From the NCBI GenBank assembly GCA_002269645.1, contig NIVC01004750.1:1-36164 (forward strand): a DNA stretch of 36,164 nucleotides. Direction: 5' to 3'. The first letter of the stretch is position 1, and every line of letters begins with the position of its first letter. The position numbers and the translations under genes are program-made. Below are positions 20,280 to 33,499 of this stretch, one piece after another. The DNA is from Macrostomum lignano (Eukaryota). Below the pieces are notes generated by a model that saw nothing but the letters and a program-made list of their open reading frames with translations, did not search any database and had not been told where the DNA came from.

Positions 20280-22822
20280 CTTCCCTCTCCTTCCTCCCTG
20301 TCAGCCTCTCCCTCTTAGCCTCTCCCTTTCCCTCTCAGCCTCTCCCTTTCCCTCTCAGTCTCTCCCTTTCCCTCTCAGCCTCTCCCTCTCTCTCTCAGCC
20401 TCTCCCTTTCCCTTTCCCTCTCAGCCTCTCCCATTCCCTCTCTCTCTCTCAGCTTCTCCCTTTCCCTCAGCCTCTCCCTTTCCTTTTCCCTCTCGCCTCT
20501 CCCTTTCCCTCTCAGCCTCTCCCTCTCTCTCTCTCTCAGCTTCTCCCTTTCCCTCTCAGCCTCTCCCTTTCCCTCTCAGCCTCTCCCTCTTAACCTCTCC
20601 ATTTCCTTTTCCCTCTCGCCTCTCCCTTTCCCTCTTAGCCTCTCCATTTCCTTTTCCCTCTCGCCTCTCCCTTTCCCTCTTAGCCTCTCCCTTTCCTTTT
20701 CCATCTCGCCTCTCCCTTTCCCTCTCAGCCTCTCCCTCTCCCTCTTAACCTCTCCATTTCCTTTTCCCTCTCGCCTCTCCCTTTCCCTCTCAGCCTCTAC
20801 CTCTCCCTCTTAACCTCTCCATTTCCCTTTCCCTCTCGCCTCTCCCTTTCCCTCTCAGCCTCTCCCTCTCCCTCTTAACCTCTCCATTTCCTTTTCCCTC
20901 TCAGCCTCTCCCTTTCCTTTTCCCTCTCGCCTCTCCCTTTCCATCTCAGCCTCTCCCTTTCCATCTCAGCCTCTCCCTTTCCATCTCAGCCTCTCCCTTT
21001 CCCTTTCCCTCTCAGCCTCTCCCTTTCCCTCTCAGCCTCTCCCTTTCCATCTCAGCCTCTCCCTTTCCATCTCAGCCTCTCTCTTTCCCTTTCCCTCTCA
21101 GCCTCTCCCTTTCCCTTTCCCTCTCCCTCTCAGCCTCTCCCTTTCCCTTTCCCTCTCAGCGTCTCCCTCTCAGAATCTCCCTTTCCCTCAGCGCCTCTCC
21201 CTCTCAGCCTCTCCCTTTCCCTTTCCCTCTCAGCGTCTCCCTCTCGGAATCTCCCTTTCCCTCAGCGCCTCTCCCTCTCCCTCTCAGCCTCTCCCTTTCC
21301 CTTTCCCTCTCAGCGTCTCCCTTTCCCTTTCCCTCTCAGCGTCTCCCTTTCCCTTTCCCTCTCAGCATCTCCCTCTCAGAATCTCCCTTTCCCTCAGCGC
21401 CTCTCCTTTTCCCTCTCAGCCTCTCCTTTACCCTCTCAGCCTCTCCTTTTCCCTCTCAGCCTCTCCTTTTCCCTCTCAGCCTCTCCTTTTCCCTCTCAGC
21501 CTCTCCTTTACCCTCTCAGCCTCTCCTTTACCCTCTCAGCCTCTCCTTTTCCCTCTCAGCCTCTCCTTTACCCTCTCAGCCTCTCCTTTTCCCTCTCAGC
21601 CTCTCCTTTACCCTCTCAGCCTCTCCTTTTCCCTCTCAGCCTCTCCTTTTCCCTCTCAGCCTCTCCTTTTCCCTCTCAGCCTCTCCTTTTCCCTCTCAGC
21701 CTCTCCTTTACCCTCTCAGCCTCTCCTTTTCCCTCTCAGCCTCTCCTTTTCCCTCTCAGCCTCTCCCTTTTCATCTCAGAATCTTTCTTTCCCTTAGCCT
21801 CTCCCTCTTAGCCTCTCCCTCTCAGCCTCTCCTTTCCATCTCAGAATCTTTTTTCCCTCTTAGTCTCTCCCTTTCCCTCAGCCTCTCCCTCTTAGCCTCT
21901 CCCTTTCCCTCAGCCTCTCCCTCTTAGTCTCTCCCTTTCCCTCTCAGAATCTCCCTTTCCCTCAGCGCCTCTCCCTCTCCCTCTCAGCCTCTCCCTTTCC
22001 CTCTCAGCGTCTCCCTCTCAGAATCTCCCTTTCCCTCAGCGCCTCTCCCTCTCCCTCTCAGCCTCTCCCTTTCCCTTTCCCTCTCAGCGTCTCCCTTTCC
22101 CTTTCCCTCTCAGCGTCTCCCTCTCAGAATCTCCCTTTCCCTCAGCGCCTCTCCTTTTCCCTCTCAGCCTCTCCTTTACCCTCTCAGCCTCTCCTTTTCC
22201 CTCTCAGCCTCTCCTTTTCCCTCTCAGCCTCTCCTTTTCCCTCTCAGCCTCTCCTTTTCCCTCTCAGCCTCTCCTTTTCCCTCTCAGCCTCTCCTTTTCC
22301 CTCTCAGCCTCTCCTTTTCCCTCTCAGCCTCTCCTTTACCCTCTCAGCCTCTCCCTTTCCCTCTCAGCCTCTCCTTTTCCCTCTCAGCCTCTCCTTTTCC
22401 CTCTCAGCCTCTCCCTTTCCCTCTCAGCCTCTCCTTTTCCCTCTCAGCCTCTCCTTTTCCCTCTCAGCCTCTCCCTTTCCCTCTCAGCCTCTCCCTTTTC
22501 ATCTCAGAATCTTTCTTTCCCTTAGCCTCTCCCTCTTAGCCTCTCCCTCTCAGCCTCTCCTTTCCATCTCAGAATCTTTTTTTCCCTCTTAGTCTCTCCC
22601 TTTCCCTCAGCCTCTCCCTCTTAGCCTCTCCCTTTCCCTCAGCCTCTCCCTCTTAGTCTCTCCCTTTCCCTCTCAGCATCTCCCTCTCAGAATCTCCCTT
22701 TCCCTCAGCGCCTCTCCCTCTCAGCCGCTCCTTTTCCCTCTCAGCCGCTCCTTTTCCCTCTCAGCCTCTCCTTTACCCTCTCAGCCTCTCCTTTTCCCTC
22801 TCAGCCTCTCCCTCTCCCCCTC
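20280..22822. repeat. About 20-bp polypyrimidine minisatellite (CTCTCAGCCTCTCCCTTTCC)
   Basis: About 2.5 kb visible tandem array. Confidence 0.96.
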
Positions 22823-23714
22823 AGCTGTCCATTCTCATTTGCAGCCGCAAACGTCTCAGCAAATTTTTCATGGTTCTACAGGCAGACACAGCGCCTTAAA
22901 CACAGGTGCCGAAAGTGTCGTTCTATTGTATGTATAGTTACGAGTATATATACGAGTAGGCCTCGACAACATAACGAGAAGACTTCTAAGACTTCTACTA
23001 TCAATATTCAAGCAGGCATTTAGGCTATTTTAATGGATACAGTAGCTATCGAATCACATAACAGGCGTCCCATCTGGGATGTCAAGGTGTGGGTTTTATT
23101 AGGTTAGGTGAAAAATCAGAAATAAGCGCAGACACACACACAGCTAGACAGCAGACGCTGCAGCAAGATACCCTGAAGAGCTCTAAGAGACGCCGGTCCA
23201 AGCCATCTGGTTGATGAGACGCCGGCAGTCAGTCCCGGAAGGCCTTAGCGACACTTTCAAGCGATAACACTTCAACACGATCACCCGAGAAGGAGGCGAT
23301 AGAACAATAATAAAAAATACTTCAACACGGCAGCCAGGAGACCCTCTTGTTCTCTTTTCTATAAGTTTTCGAGCGGAGAATTACAGAATTGAAGTGGCGT
23401 TTCAGTTATCCGCAACCACCAAACTAACCCACTTGAAGGCCGACTTGTAACCCCGGCTAATATATACAGTGGCGCATATATTACACAGACTGCTCTTGGC
23501 TTCTGTAGCAACTGAGCATAAGGCCAATTCAACTCATAGAGTGAGCATGCAGCCATTGTGTTTGTCTGCCTGCTGCCATTGATTCCTATTGATACAAATT
23601 ATATGAAATTATCATTCTGCTTCGTATTGCGACTTGAAAAATAACTTAACTAATTATGACCAGAATATATTGACAGTTCCCATGATTGACAGGGCAGCGA
23701 GATTGGCTTCTCAG

Positions 23715-24555
23715 CCTCTACCTCTCCCTGCCTCTCTCCCTGCATCTCTTCCTCTCTCCCTGCATCTCTTCCTCTCCCGCTGCATCTCTTCCTCTCCCTG
23801 CATCTCTGCCTCTCTCCCTGCATCTTCCTCTCTCCATGCATCTCTTCCACTCTGCCTGCATCTCTTCCTCTCTCCCTGCATCTCTTCCTCTCTCCCTGCA
23901 TCTCTTCCTCTCTCCCTGCATCTCTTCCTCTCTCCCTGCATCTCTTCCTCTCTCCCTGCATCTCTTCCTCTCTCCTTGCATCTCTTCTCTCTCCCTGCAT
24001 CTTTTCCCCTCTCCCTGCATCTCCGCCTCTCTACCTGCATCTCTGCCTCTCTCCCTGCATCTCCGTCTCTCTCCTTGCATCTCTTCCACTCTGCCTGCAT
24101 CTCTCCCTCTCTCCCTGCATCTCTGCTTCTCTCCCTGCATCTCTTCCTCTCTCCCTGCATATCTCCTCTCTCCCTTCATCTCTGCTTCTCTCCCTGCATC
24201 TTCCTCTCTCCCTGCATCTCTGCCTCTCTCCCTGCATCTCTGCCTCTCTCCCTGCATCTCTTCCTCTCTCCCTGTATCTCTTCCACTCTGCCTGCATCTC
24301 TGCCTCTCTCCTTGCATCTCTTCCACTCTGCCTGCATCTCTTCCTCTCTCCCTGCATCTCTGCCTCTCTCCTTGCATCTCTGCCTCTCCCTGCATCTCTG
24401 CCTCTCTCCCTGCATCTCTGCCTCTCTCCCTGCATCTCTGCCTCTCTTCTTGCATCTCTTCCACTCTGCCTGCATCTCTGCCTCTCTCCCTGCATCTCTG
24501 CCTCTCTCCTTGCATCTCTTCCACTCTGCCTGCATCTCTGCCTCTCTCCCTTTCT
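23715..24555. repeat. About 20-bp pyrimidine-rich minisatellite (CTGCATCTCTTCCTCTCTCC)
   Basis: Visible tandem array. Confidence 0.95.
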
Positions 24556-26194
24556 CTCTACATGCCTCCATTTCTCCTTGTCGCCCTGCATCTCACCATC
24601 TCCCCTTCATTTCCCCCTGATCAATAAATTTCTCTCCCTGCATCGCCCTCCCATTCCCACACCCAAGTTATAAAATCGCAAACCAAAGGACAGCAAAGCC
24701 GCATTAGAACCTCGGCAGATGAAACATTTCTGAAGAAAATAAGGATTATCACCCGAGAATTATCTGACTCAATTTCCCAAACCTCCCACACTCCCAAAAT
24801 TTGAGTCGCGGGCCAGTCGTATCCCAGACGTTTCCACAGTTTTAAACCGAACTGGAATTCATATTTGCCTGCAAAAGATTGAGAAAGACACAGACTTACA
24901 CTCGCATACATACACATACAAATTTATATAGAGACAACACAGGAAGCCTGGACCTTCCACAACGAATTTTAGGGGAAAGCGGGGGTGATACAGGCAGTAG
25001 CTTATATTTGATTGAGAAAGGTATTAGGAATCTAAGCGGCAAAAATGAGACAGGAAATGGAGATGGGAATCGGGAGCTAAAAAGCATCTGCAGGCGGGGT
25101 TTGATGGTCCGTATTTGTTCAAAATTGGTCTAGCAAAACACACACACACACATACACAGAGACACGCGCAAACCGCCCCTATTTCTCCTAACAATGCATA
25201 ATCTGTGTGCGCGGCTTAGGTTGGTTTTTAACCCCTCTTCTCACTTCCGTCAAGGAGACGCTGCTGCTGCTGCTGCTGCTTCTAGAAGGAATAGCAACAA
25301 GGATTAGAAATCAGAGAATCAACTGCTGGGAATCTAGAAGCAGAAAGAAAGCAAGGACAAGAGAGGAAATCGGGGCAGGGGGACGCAGCACCTGATTCTG
25401 TCGGGAGGTTCCGCGATCGATTTTGTTTTTGTTTCACAAAACACACGCAGCAACAGCAAAAGCAGAAACGATTCCCACTCTATCCGGCTTGAAGAGATGC
25501 GAAAGCAGCAACAGACGCAGCAAAAATCTGCAGAAGCATTGCCTGAAGTGGACACGCACAATGCACAAGGGCGATGCTCCCCCGTCCCGCAATGACCTCT
25601 TAAGATTCCGATTCGCGCTGCACTGCTTAGCTGATTGTCTGCAAAAAATCAAGGTTAACAATCAAGATAATGGCAACCCCCCTCCCTCCAGAAGGGCAGA
25701 AGCGCAAAAGCAAACACCTTGCTAATCGCTCAGGCTTGCAGGAATATAAAAAACTGCTTTAAAAATGTGTCAACAGCAAGCATATGGGGACACTTCAGGA
25801 TTGTCTGTCGGGCCTGAAGCAGAAGGACCCTTTTTTGCAAACTTGAGCGCTCTTACAGATTGGTCTTAGTAGTGATATATCCTTCCCAATTTATGGGAAT
25901 TGCATGCAGCTAAATATTACACTATTATAAAGAAGACTTTGAGGCCCTCCCGTCCGTCTCTGTCCCCAATGCAAACAGGCTGCTCATTCAGCGAAAAAAC
26001 TAGCGAACATATGCGCTGCTTCAGCCTGTCGTCTGCTGCTACAAGAAGAAGCGAAATCAAGTAGAGCAGAGAAAAGGGATTTATCCTAAACGAAAAAAGT
26101 TGGCAAACAGAGGCCTCTGTCCGAAATGGTCTTGCATGTTCTTAATCTGCAAAGTGAGATTAACAGGCTGGGAGGCAGATTGAAAGAATGTCAG

Positions 26195-27290
26195 ACTGGA
26201 CTGGGGACTGGGGACTGGGGACTGAAGGACTGGGGACTGGGGACTGAAGGACTGGGGACTGGGGACTGAAGGACTGGGGACTGGGGACTGAAGGACTGGG
26301 GACTGGGGACTGAAGGACTGGGGACTGAAGGACTGAAGGACTGGGGACTGAAGGAATGGGGACTGGGGACTGAAGGAATGGGGACTGGGGACTGAAGGAC
26401 TGAAGGACTGGGGACTGAAGGACTGGGGACTGGGGACTGAAGGACTGAAGGACTGGGGACTGAAGGACTGAAGGACTGGGGACTGAAGGAATGGGGACTG
26501 GGGACTGAAGGACTGAAGGACTGGGGAGTGAAGGACTGAAGGACTGGGGACTGAAGGACTGGGGACTGGGGACTGAAGGAATGGGGACTGGAGACTGAAG
26601 GACTGGGGACTGGGGACTGAAGGAATGGGGACTGGAGACTGAAGGAATGGGGACTGGGGACTGAAGGAATGGTCCCTTAGTCCCTTAGTCCCTTAGAATG
26701 GGGACTGGGGATTGAAGGACTGGGGACTGAAGGAATGGGGACTGGGGACTGGGGACTGAATGAATGGGGACTGGAGACTGAAGGAATGGGGACTGGAGAC
26801 TGAAGGACTGAAGGACTGGGGACTGAAGTAATGGGGAATGGGGATTGAAGGACTGGGGACTGAAAGACTTGGGTCTGAGGACTGAAGGACTGAGGACTGA
26901 AGGACTGGGGACTGGGGACTGAAGGAATGGGGACTGGAGACTGAAGGAATGGGGACTGGGGATTGAAGGACTGGGGACTGAAGGACTGGGGACTGGGGAG
27001 TGAAGGAATGGGGACTGGAGACTGAAAGAATGGGGACTGGGGACTGAAGGAATGGGGACTGGGGGCTGAAGGAATGGGGAATGGGGATTGAAGGACTGGG
27101 GACTGAAAGACTGGGGTCTGAAGGACTGATGACTGAAGGACTGGGGTCTGAAGGACAGAGGACTGAATGACTGAAGGACTGAGGACTGAAGGACTGGGGT
27201 CTGAATGACAGAGGACTAAATGACTGAAGGACTGAGGTCTGAAGGACTGAGAACTGAAGGACTGAAGGACTGGGGTCTGAGGACTAAGGG
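26195..27290. repeat. G-rich modular repeat built from GACTGGG(G) and GACTGAAG units
   Basis: Visible tandem array. Confidence 0.94.
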
Positions 27291-28433
27291 ACATAATAAA
27301 ATGTTTCGAATAAAACAATTTGTACTTATCAGTAAAAAGAAAAGTAACGAAAAGTATAATGCAAAAGATAAAGAAGCAAGAATCCACGCGCCATCAGGCC
27401 TATCAAATGTCCAGTATTGAGACTGAACGCAAACTCCTTCAGCGGAACAGAACAAGATATTACAGCATGGGAGTATATAGATAGGCCCAGGTGCCAGCTC
27501 AAACACATCTTGAACACGCGCACAGCGTCATAGCAGGGACACGCGCTCAAGGTACACTATTATTGCGTGTGCCAGACAGCCCAGCCCCTCTTCTAATCAA
27601 ACATACAGTAGAGGGGCAAAGCTGCCAGACTGAAAGCGAAAGCAGGTGCGATTGCGCCAATAGAAGATCTCACTTTCTTCCCACTTGACACAATCGGGCC
27701 CTTCTAGCTTTTGGGAAGAATGAGAAATTAAGGGAAAACGTTCTCACTCGATTTTGGAACAGGAAAGCACATATCCAAGCAATTCTTTCAGATCTGCCGC
27801 TTAGACTAAAGAATATACACATATGAATTGAGCAACACAAACACACGCACAATACTATTATAGGTTTAAGTGAACTGTTGGGATAAGTTAACAAGACAGC
27901 ATTGACACCTTTAACTGCACACCCAACCAACCCCCCACTCCCCGCGTCGAAGGCCTGCCAGGGTAAACAGCAGGCCGACACGAATGAGAAGTTAGAAGAA
28001 TAACTCATGTTGACCCAGGGGGGCTGTGACTGCGGTATTGAGCTTGAGAATAGATTGAAAAAAAGAGAGGAAAACGGTAGAGCCTGAGCCTCCCTACTTC
28101 GGGCGGGTGTTTGTCTTCATAAACAGACTCTTCTAATTTCAGGTTTTTAACAGAGCTTTTCTCACACTTTCCCTGTGCTCAGCTAGTTGAGCACGAGCAT
28201 TTGTATTTACCCCGAATGTTAACAGTTTTTTTTGACACTGGGCCAGCGCTTCGAGTAGATCTTGCACCTGGTTGATATAGAGGAAGCCGCAGGGATACGA
28301 TATTATAGCTGGATTCTTAATTCGGAGAATAGCATAACAGTTTCATAGATGAGCTGAGAATTCAATTGTTGAATGGTTGGCTTGGTTTGGCTCCGACTAA
28401 GTGCATGGTATGGACCAGGATGAAGATTTGAGA

Positions 28434-29664
28434 GGCTGGCCCAGCAACTGAGGATCTGGGAGTCTGGCCCAGCAACTGAGGATCTGGGAGGCTGGCCCAG
28501 CAACTGAGGATCTGAGAGGCTGGCCCAGCAACTGAGGATCTGGGATGGTGGTCCTGCAACTGAGGATCTGGGAGGCTGGCCCAGCAACTGAGGATCTGGG
28601 AGGCTGGCCCAGTAACTGAGGATCTGGGATGCTGGCCCAGTAACTGAGGATCTGGGAGTCTGGCCCAGCAACTGAGGATCTGGGAGGCTGGTCCTGCAAC
28701 TGAGGATCTGGGAGGCTGGCCCAGCAACTGAAGATCTGGGAGGCTAGCCCAGCAACTGAGGATCTTGGAGGCTGGCCCAGCAACTGAGGATCTTGGAGGC
28801 TGGCCCAGCAACTGAGGATCTGGGAGGCTGGTCCAGCAACTGATGATCTGGGAGGCTGGTCCAGCAACTGAGGATCTGGGAAGGTGATCCTGCAACTGAG
28901 GATCTGGGAGGCTGGTCCTGCAACTGAGGATCTGGGAGGCTGGATCAGCAACTGAGGATCTTGGAGGCTGGCCCAGCAACTGAGGATCTGGGAGGCTGGC
29001 CCAGCAACTGAGGATCTTGGAGGCTGGCCCAGCAACTGAGGATCTGGGAGGCTGGCCCAGCAACTGAGGATCTGGGAGGCTGGTCCAGCAACTGAGGATC
29101 TGGGAGGCTGATCCAGCAACTGACACTCTGGGAAGCTGGCCCAGCAACTGAGGATCTGGGAGGCTGGTCCTGCAACTGAGGATCTGGGAGGCTGGATCAG
29201 CAACTGAGGATCTTGGAGGCTGGCCCAGCAACTGAGGATCTTGGAGGCTGGTCCTGCAACTGAGGATCTGGGAGGCTGGCCCAGCAACTGAGGATCTGGG
29301 AGGCTGGTCCAGCAACTGAGGATCTGGGAGGCTGGATCAGCAACTGAGGATCTTGGAGGCTGGCCCAGCAACTGAGGATCTTGGAGGCTGGCCCAGCAAC
29401 TGAGGATCTTGGAGGCTGGCCCAGCAACTGAGGATCTGGGAGGCTGGTCCAGTAACTGAGGATCTGGGAGGCTGGTCCTGCAACTGAGGATCTGGGAGGC
29501 TGGTCCTGCAACTGAGGATCTGGGAGGCTGGATCAGCAACTGAGGATCTTGGAGGCTGGCCCAGCAACTGAGGATCTTGGAGGCTGGCCCAGCAACTGAG
29601 GATCTTGGAGGCTGGTCCAGCAACTGAGGATCTGTGAGGCTGGCCCAGCAACTGAGGATCTGGG
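28434..29664. repeat. 28-bp minisatellite (GCTGGCCCAGCAACTGAGGATCTGGGAG)
   Basis: About 44 head-to-tail copies with no spacers. Confidence 0.97.
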
Positions 29665-29758
29665 GCAACAGCAAGCAAAACAAAACACAGATTAAGAAAG
29701 ATTTAGGACTCTAAAAAGCAGCAACAGCAAGCCGTGATCAGATTGCGCAATGCAATTC

Positions 29759-29876
29759 TCAATAGCTGAAGAATCCCTCCGATCCCAGCAGTGCCGCCAG
29801 CTCAAGTATGAAATTAAGCGAGCAACAAGTGGCCGCAAAGAGAGCACAGGTGCCTTCCGAGCTATTCGGTTTGAGG
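29759..29876 (-). CDS. RPAP2: RPAP2 probable terminal exon 6
   Basis: Acceptor ctctcttag|c is phase-compatible with the exon 5 donor; open for 38 codons to TGA at 29761-29759. Weak similarity support. Confidence 0.55.
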
Positions 29877-29992
29877 CTAAGAGAGCTTGAAGAAGTTCAG
29901 AGAAGTGAGATATTTATTAAAAACAGATGGATAGAGAGGCCAGGTGCTCTCTCGCTAGGCCACTTGTATATCGAGCTATTTAAGCTACTCAC

Positions 29993-30061
29993 AGCATGAG
30001 TACGAGCCAGCCAAGGATCTCCCACACAGGCGTGGCCAAAGCAATGTTGCCGCTTGTCAGC
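29993..30061 (-). CDS. RPAP2: RPAP2 exon 5
   Basis: ttcacag|g ... ct|GTGAGT. Encodes LTSGNIALATPVWEILGWLVLM, comparable to the RPAP2 FRLTNRNI...W..I..VLL motif. Confidence 0.75.
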
Positions 30062-30163
30062 CTGTGAAGGAATTGTTCAAACAGATCGGACTAAGCTTAT
30101 ACACTTATTAAAACAGCGCTGGAGTTAAACACACTCAGCGAGGACACAATTAAAAGCACGCAC

Positions 30164-30344
30164 TTGAACGTGTCAACAAGCTGCCTGAGATCGTCCGCGA
30201 TGCAATTTAAGCCGTCGAGTTTAACAGCGGCGGCGCCGACAAAAGCGGCCAATTTTTCTTGGACGACGCGACGACGCAGGGTCGCCTGGCTGGCCGAGTC
30301 CACCGGCGGCATGCGGCGCTGCTCCCTGGCGGCCGTTTCTTTTT
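30164..30344 (-). CDS. RPAP2: RPAP2 exon 4 (acceptor position uncertain)
   Basis: MPPVDSASQATLRRRVVQEKL...LRQLVDTF matches the RPAP2 C-terminal LP.VDS..Q..IR.RIV.EKL...L..LV.TF pattern. Donor aa|GTGCGT. Confidence 0.78.
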
Positions 30345-30477
30345 CTAAAATAGAATAGAACACAGCTGCTAATCATGCTACTGTCAGTTTGATGTTAGTA
30401 GGCAAGCTGCGAATTTTAACGTATTTTATGCTAAAACGAACTAAGTAACTAACTGACGAATAAACTACGAGCGTATT

Positions 30478-30479
30478 GA

Positions 30480-30516
<37 letters not shown>

Positions 30517-30517
30517 G

Positions 30518-30556
<39 letters not shown>

Positions 30557-30581
30557 GACTAACTAACTAACTAACTAACTG

Positions 30582-30648
<67 letters not shown>

Positions 30649-30687
30649 GACTAATTAACTAAATAACTAACTAACTGACTGACTAAT

Positions 30688-30732
<45 letters not shown>

Positions 30733-30753
30733 GACTAACTAACTAACTAACTG

Positions 30754-30804
<51 letters not shown>

Positions 30805-30837
30805 GACTAATTAACTAACTAACTAACTAACTAACTG

Positions 30838-30868
<31 letters not shown>

Positions 30869-30907
30869 CACTAATTAACTAAAAAACTAACTAACTAACT
30901 AACTAAG

Positions 30908-30956
<49 letters not shown>

Positions 30957-30995
30957 GACTAATTAACTAACTAACTAACTGACTAATTAACTAAA

Positions 30996-31076
<81 letters not shown>

Positions 31077-31398
31077 GACTAATTAACTAAATAACTAACT
31101 AACTAACTAACTCACTAATTAACTAAAAAACTAACTAACTAACTAACTAACTAACTCACTAATTAACTAAAAAACTAACTAACTAACTAACTAACTAACT
31201 CACTAATTAACTAAATAACTAACAAACTAACTAACTAACTCACTAATTAACTAAATAACTAACTAACTAACTAACTCACTAATTAACTAAATAACTAACT
31301 AACTAGCTAACTAACTAGCTAACTAACAAACAAACAAACTAACTAACTGACAACTAACTGAATAAAACTAACTAGCTAACTAACTGACTAACTAACTG

Positions 31399-31441
<43 letters not shown>

Positions 31442-31442
31442 G

Positions 31443-31482
<40 letters not shown>

Positions 31483-31559
31483 GCTAACTAACAAACAAAC
31501 TAACTAACTGACAACTAACTGAATAAAACTAACTAGCTAACTAACTGACTAACTAACTG

Positions 31560-31598
<39 letters not shown>

Positions 31599-31667
31599 GA
31601 CTGACTAACTAACCAACTAACTAACTAACTAACTAACTAACTAATTAACTAACTAACTAACTAACTG

Positions 31668-31700
<33 letters not shown>

Positions 31701-31701
31701 T

Positions 31702-31764
<63 letters not shown>

Positions 31765-31765
31765 T

Positions 31766-31828
<63 letters not shown>

Positions 31829-31829
31829 T

Positions 31830-31875
<46 letters not shown>

Positions 31876-31987
31876 GCTAACTAACTAACTAACTAACTAA
31901 CTAATTAACTAACTAACTAACTAACTGACTAACTAACTAACTAACTAACTGACTAACTAACTCACTAACTAACTGACTAACTAACTC

Positions 31988-32022
<35 letters not shown>

Positions 32023-32240
32023 GACTAACTAACTAACTAACTAACTAACTGACTAACTAACTCACTAACTAACTGACTAACTAACTCACTAAGTAACTAA
32101 CTAACTAACTAACTAACTAGCTAACTAACTGACTAACTAGCAAACAAACAAACAAACTAATTAACTAACTAAGTAACTAACTAATTAATTAAATACCTAA
32201 CTACCTACTTACCTATGAATCTACCTAACTAACTCACTAA
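30478..32240. repeat. (TAAC)n microsatellite, about 1.75 kb, in RPAP2 intron 3
   Basis: Directly visible. Confidence 0.98.
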
Positions 32241-32273
32241 GGCTGATAGCCAAAAAGGCTCGAACACAGTTAC

Positions 32274-32926
32274 TTGCCAGCAGAGGACGAGGGAAATCGT
32301 TCAACAATTTTCACGGAGTTCGAATTGGACGAGCTTTTAACAGCGGAAGGAACATTTCTTTTGGTTGCCAACGGGGTCGCTACTTCGTTGCTTAGCAACC
32401 GAACGGTAGCCTTAGCGACGCTGTCAGCAGCGGTGCCAGCTGACGCCATGGGTCTGCTCCGATTAGTCAGAAAGTCCCTGGTGGCCCGGGTAAACCAATC
32501 GGACGCGATGGCGAACGCTGCAGTCTCCGGATCGGCCCGCATACTCGCTGTGGACGTCGCAAACGGCGCCGAGTCGGTAGCCGTCGATGTCGACTGGACG
32601 AGCCGGTCCAGCCAGGCCAGACTCGGCCGCTGGGCCGGCGTCTCCGTCGATAACTTTGGCGCCTCCTTGACTTCCGACGCCTGCGGCTTGTCGCTGATTT
32701 TGAGCAGCCGGTCCAAATCTTCGGCCACGGCGTCCAGGACCACCGGGTCGCCAGGCCGCGGCTCCACTGCGGCGAGTGTCTCCGTCAGGGCGTCGGCGGT
32801 GAGCGGCGGCGGATCGACGCAGGAGGCGGAAGCATCGGCGCCGACGCGAAGCCACAGCGGAGTCTCCGGGATGAGTTTATCGTGTACGTAGGCCGATTGG
32901 GCGAAGCAGGCATCGGAGCAGTAGCA
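32274..32926 (-). CDS. RPAP2: RPAP2 exon 3
   Basis: ctcag|TGC: CYCSDACFAQSAYVHDKLIPETPLWLR completes the Rtr1/RPAP2 zinc finger (FCS..C...S...) and is followed by a low-complexity region. Probable donor aa|GTAACT. Confidence 0.82.
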
Positions 32927-32965
32927 CTGAGCGATGGCATTGAGAAGTTCACCTCGCGATAGCTG

Positions 32966-33225
32966 ACACCTGACATTTGACTACCTGACATTTGACTACC
33001 TGACAATTGGCTACCTGATATTTGACTACCTGACATTTGACTACCTGACATTTGACTACCTGACATTTGACTACCTGACATTTGACTACCTGACATTTGA
33101 CTACCTGACATTTGACTACCTGACATTTGACTACCTGACATTTGGCTAACTGACATTTGACTACCTGATATTTGGCTACCTGACATTTGGCTACCTGACA
33201 CCTGACATCTGGCTACCTGACATCC
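32966..33225. repeat. 15-bp minisatellite (GACATTTGACTACCT) in RPAP2 intron 2
   Basis: Directly visible. Confidence 0.95.
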
Positions 33226-33272
33226 GATACCCGGCAATAAGACACCCGAGTTTAGCCAGATCCATCTGTCAC

Positions 33273-33448
33273 CTTTCGCCGAGTGACATCGTACACCCGC
33301 CTAGTAGACGCAATGATCCGGTAGCGCTGCTGTTGCGCTCTGTCGCTAGTGGGCTCAGCGGCTCAGGGCACAGCGGGAAGCCGCAAGAGTTGGTCAAGTT
33401 GCGCTCAGTAACTGCGTCCAGGTAGTGCTGCCGGCTGAGGTAGATCAG
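33273..33448 (-). CDS. RPAP2: RPAP2 exon 2 (Rtr1/RPAP2 zinc finger; contains a 1-nt frameshift)
   Basis: ccgcag|LIYLSRQHYLDAVTERNLTNSCGFPLC, then in a shifted frame QQRYRIIASTRRVYDVTRRK|GT. Matches the RPAP2 HY.DVV.ER...CGYPLC...QKYKI....KVYDITERK pattern. Confidence 0.88.
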
Positions 33449-33499
33449 CTGCGGATGGGGAGAGACGGGGAAAACCGCTATGCTGAGCTTTGAATCCAC

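Noticed and set aside
23634-24627. Multiple 130-330 aa ORFs on both strands
   Set aside because: Translations of the 20-bp satellite.
26677-27506. Pro/Ser-rich 236-aa ORF
   Set aside because: Antisense translation of the G-rich satellite.
28362-29683. Long ORFs (317 and 428 aa) or a CRISPR-like 28-bp array
   Set aside because: Several frames are open only because the 28-bp unit lacks stops on that strand; there are no spacers.
30478-32240. Telomeric repeat
   Set aside because: The 4-nt TTAG/TAAC unit is not TTAGGG or TTAGG, and it lies inside an intron.
32785-33237. (SGSQM)n ORF
   Set aside because: The 15-bp intronic repeat of RPAP2 read in an open frame.
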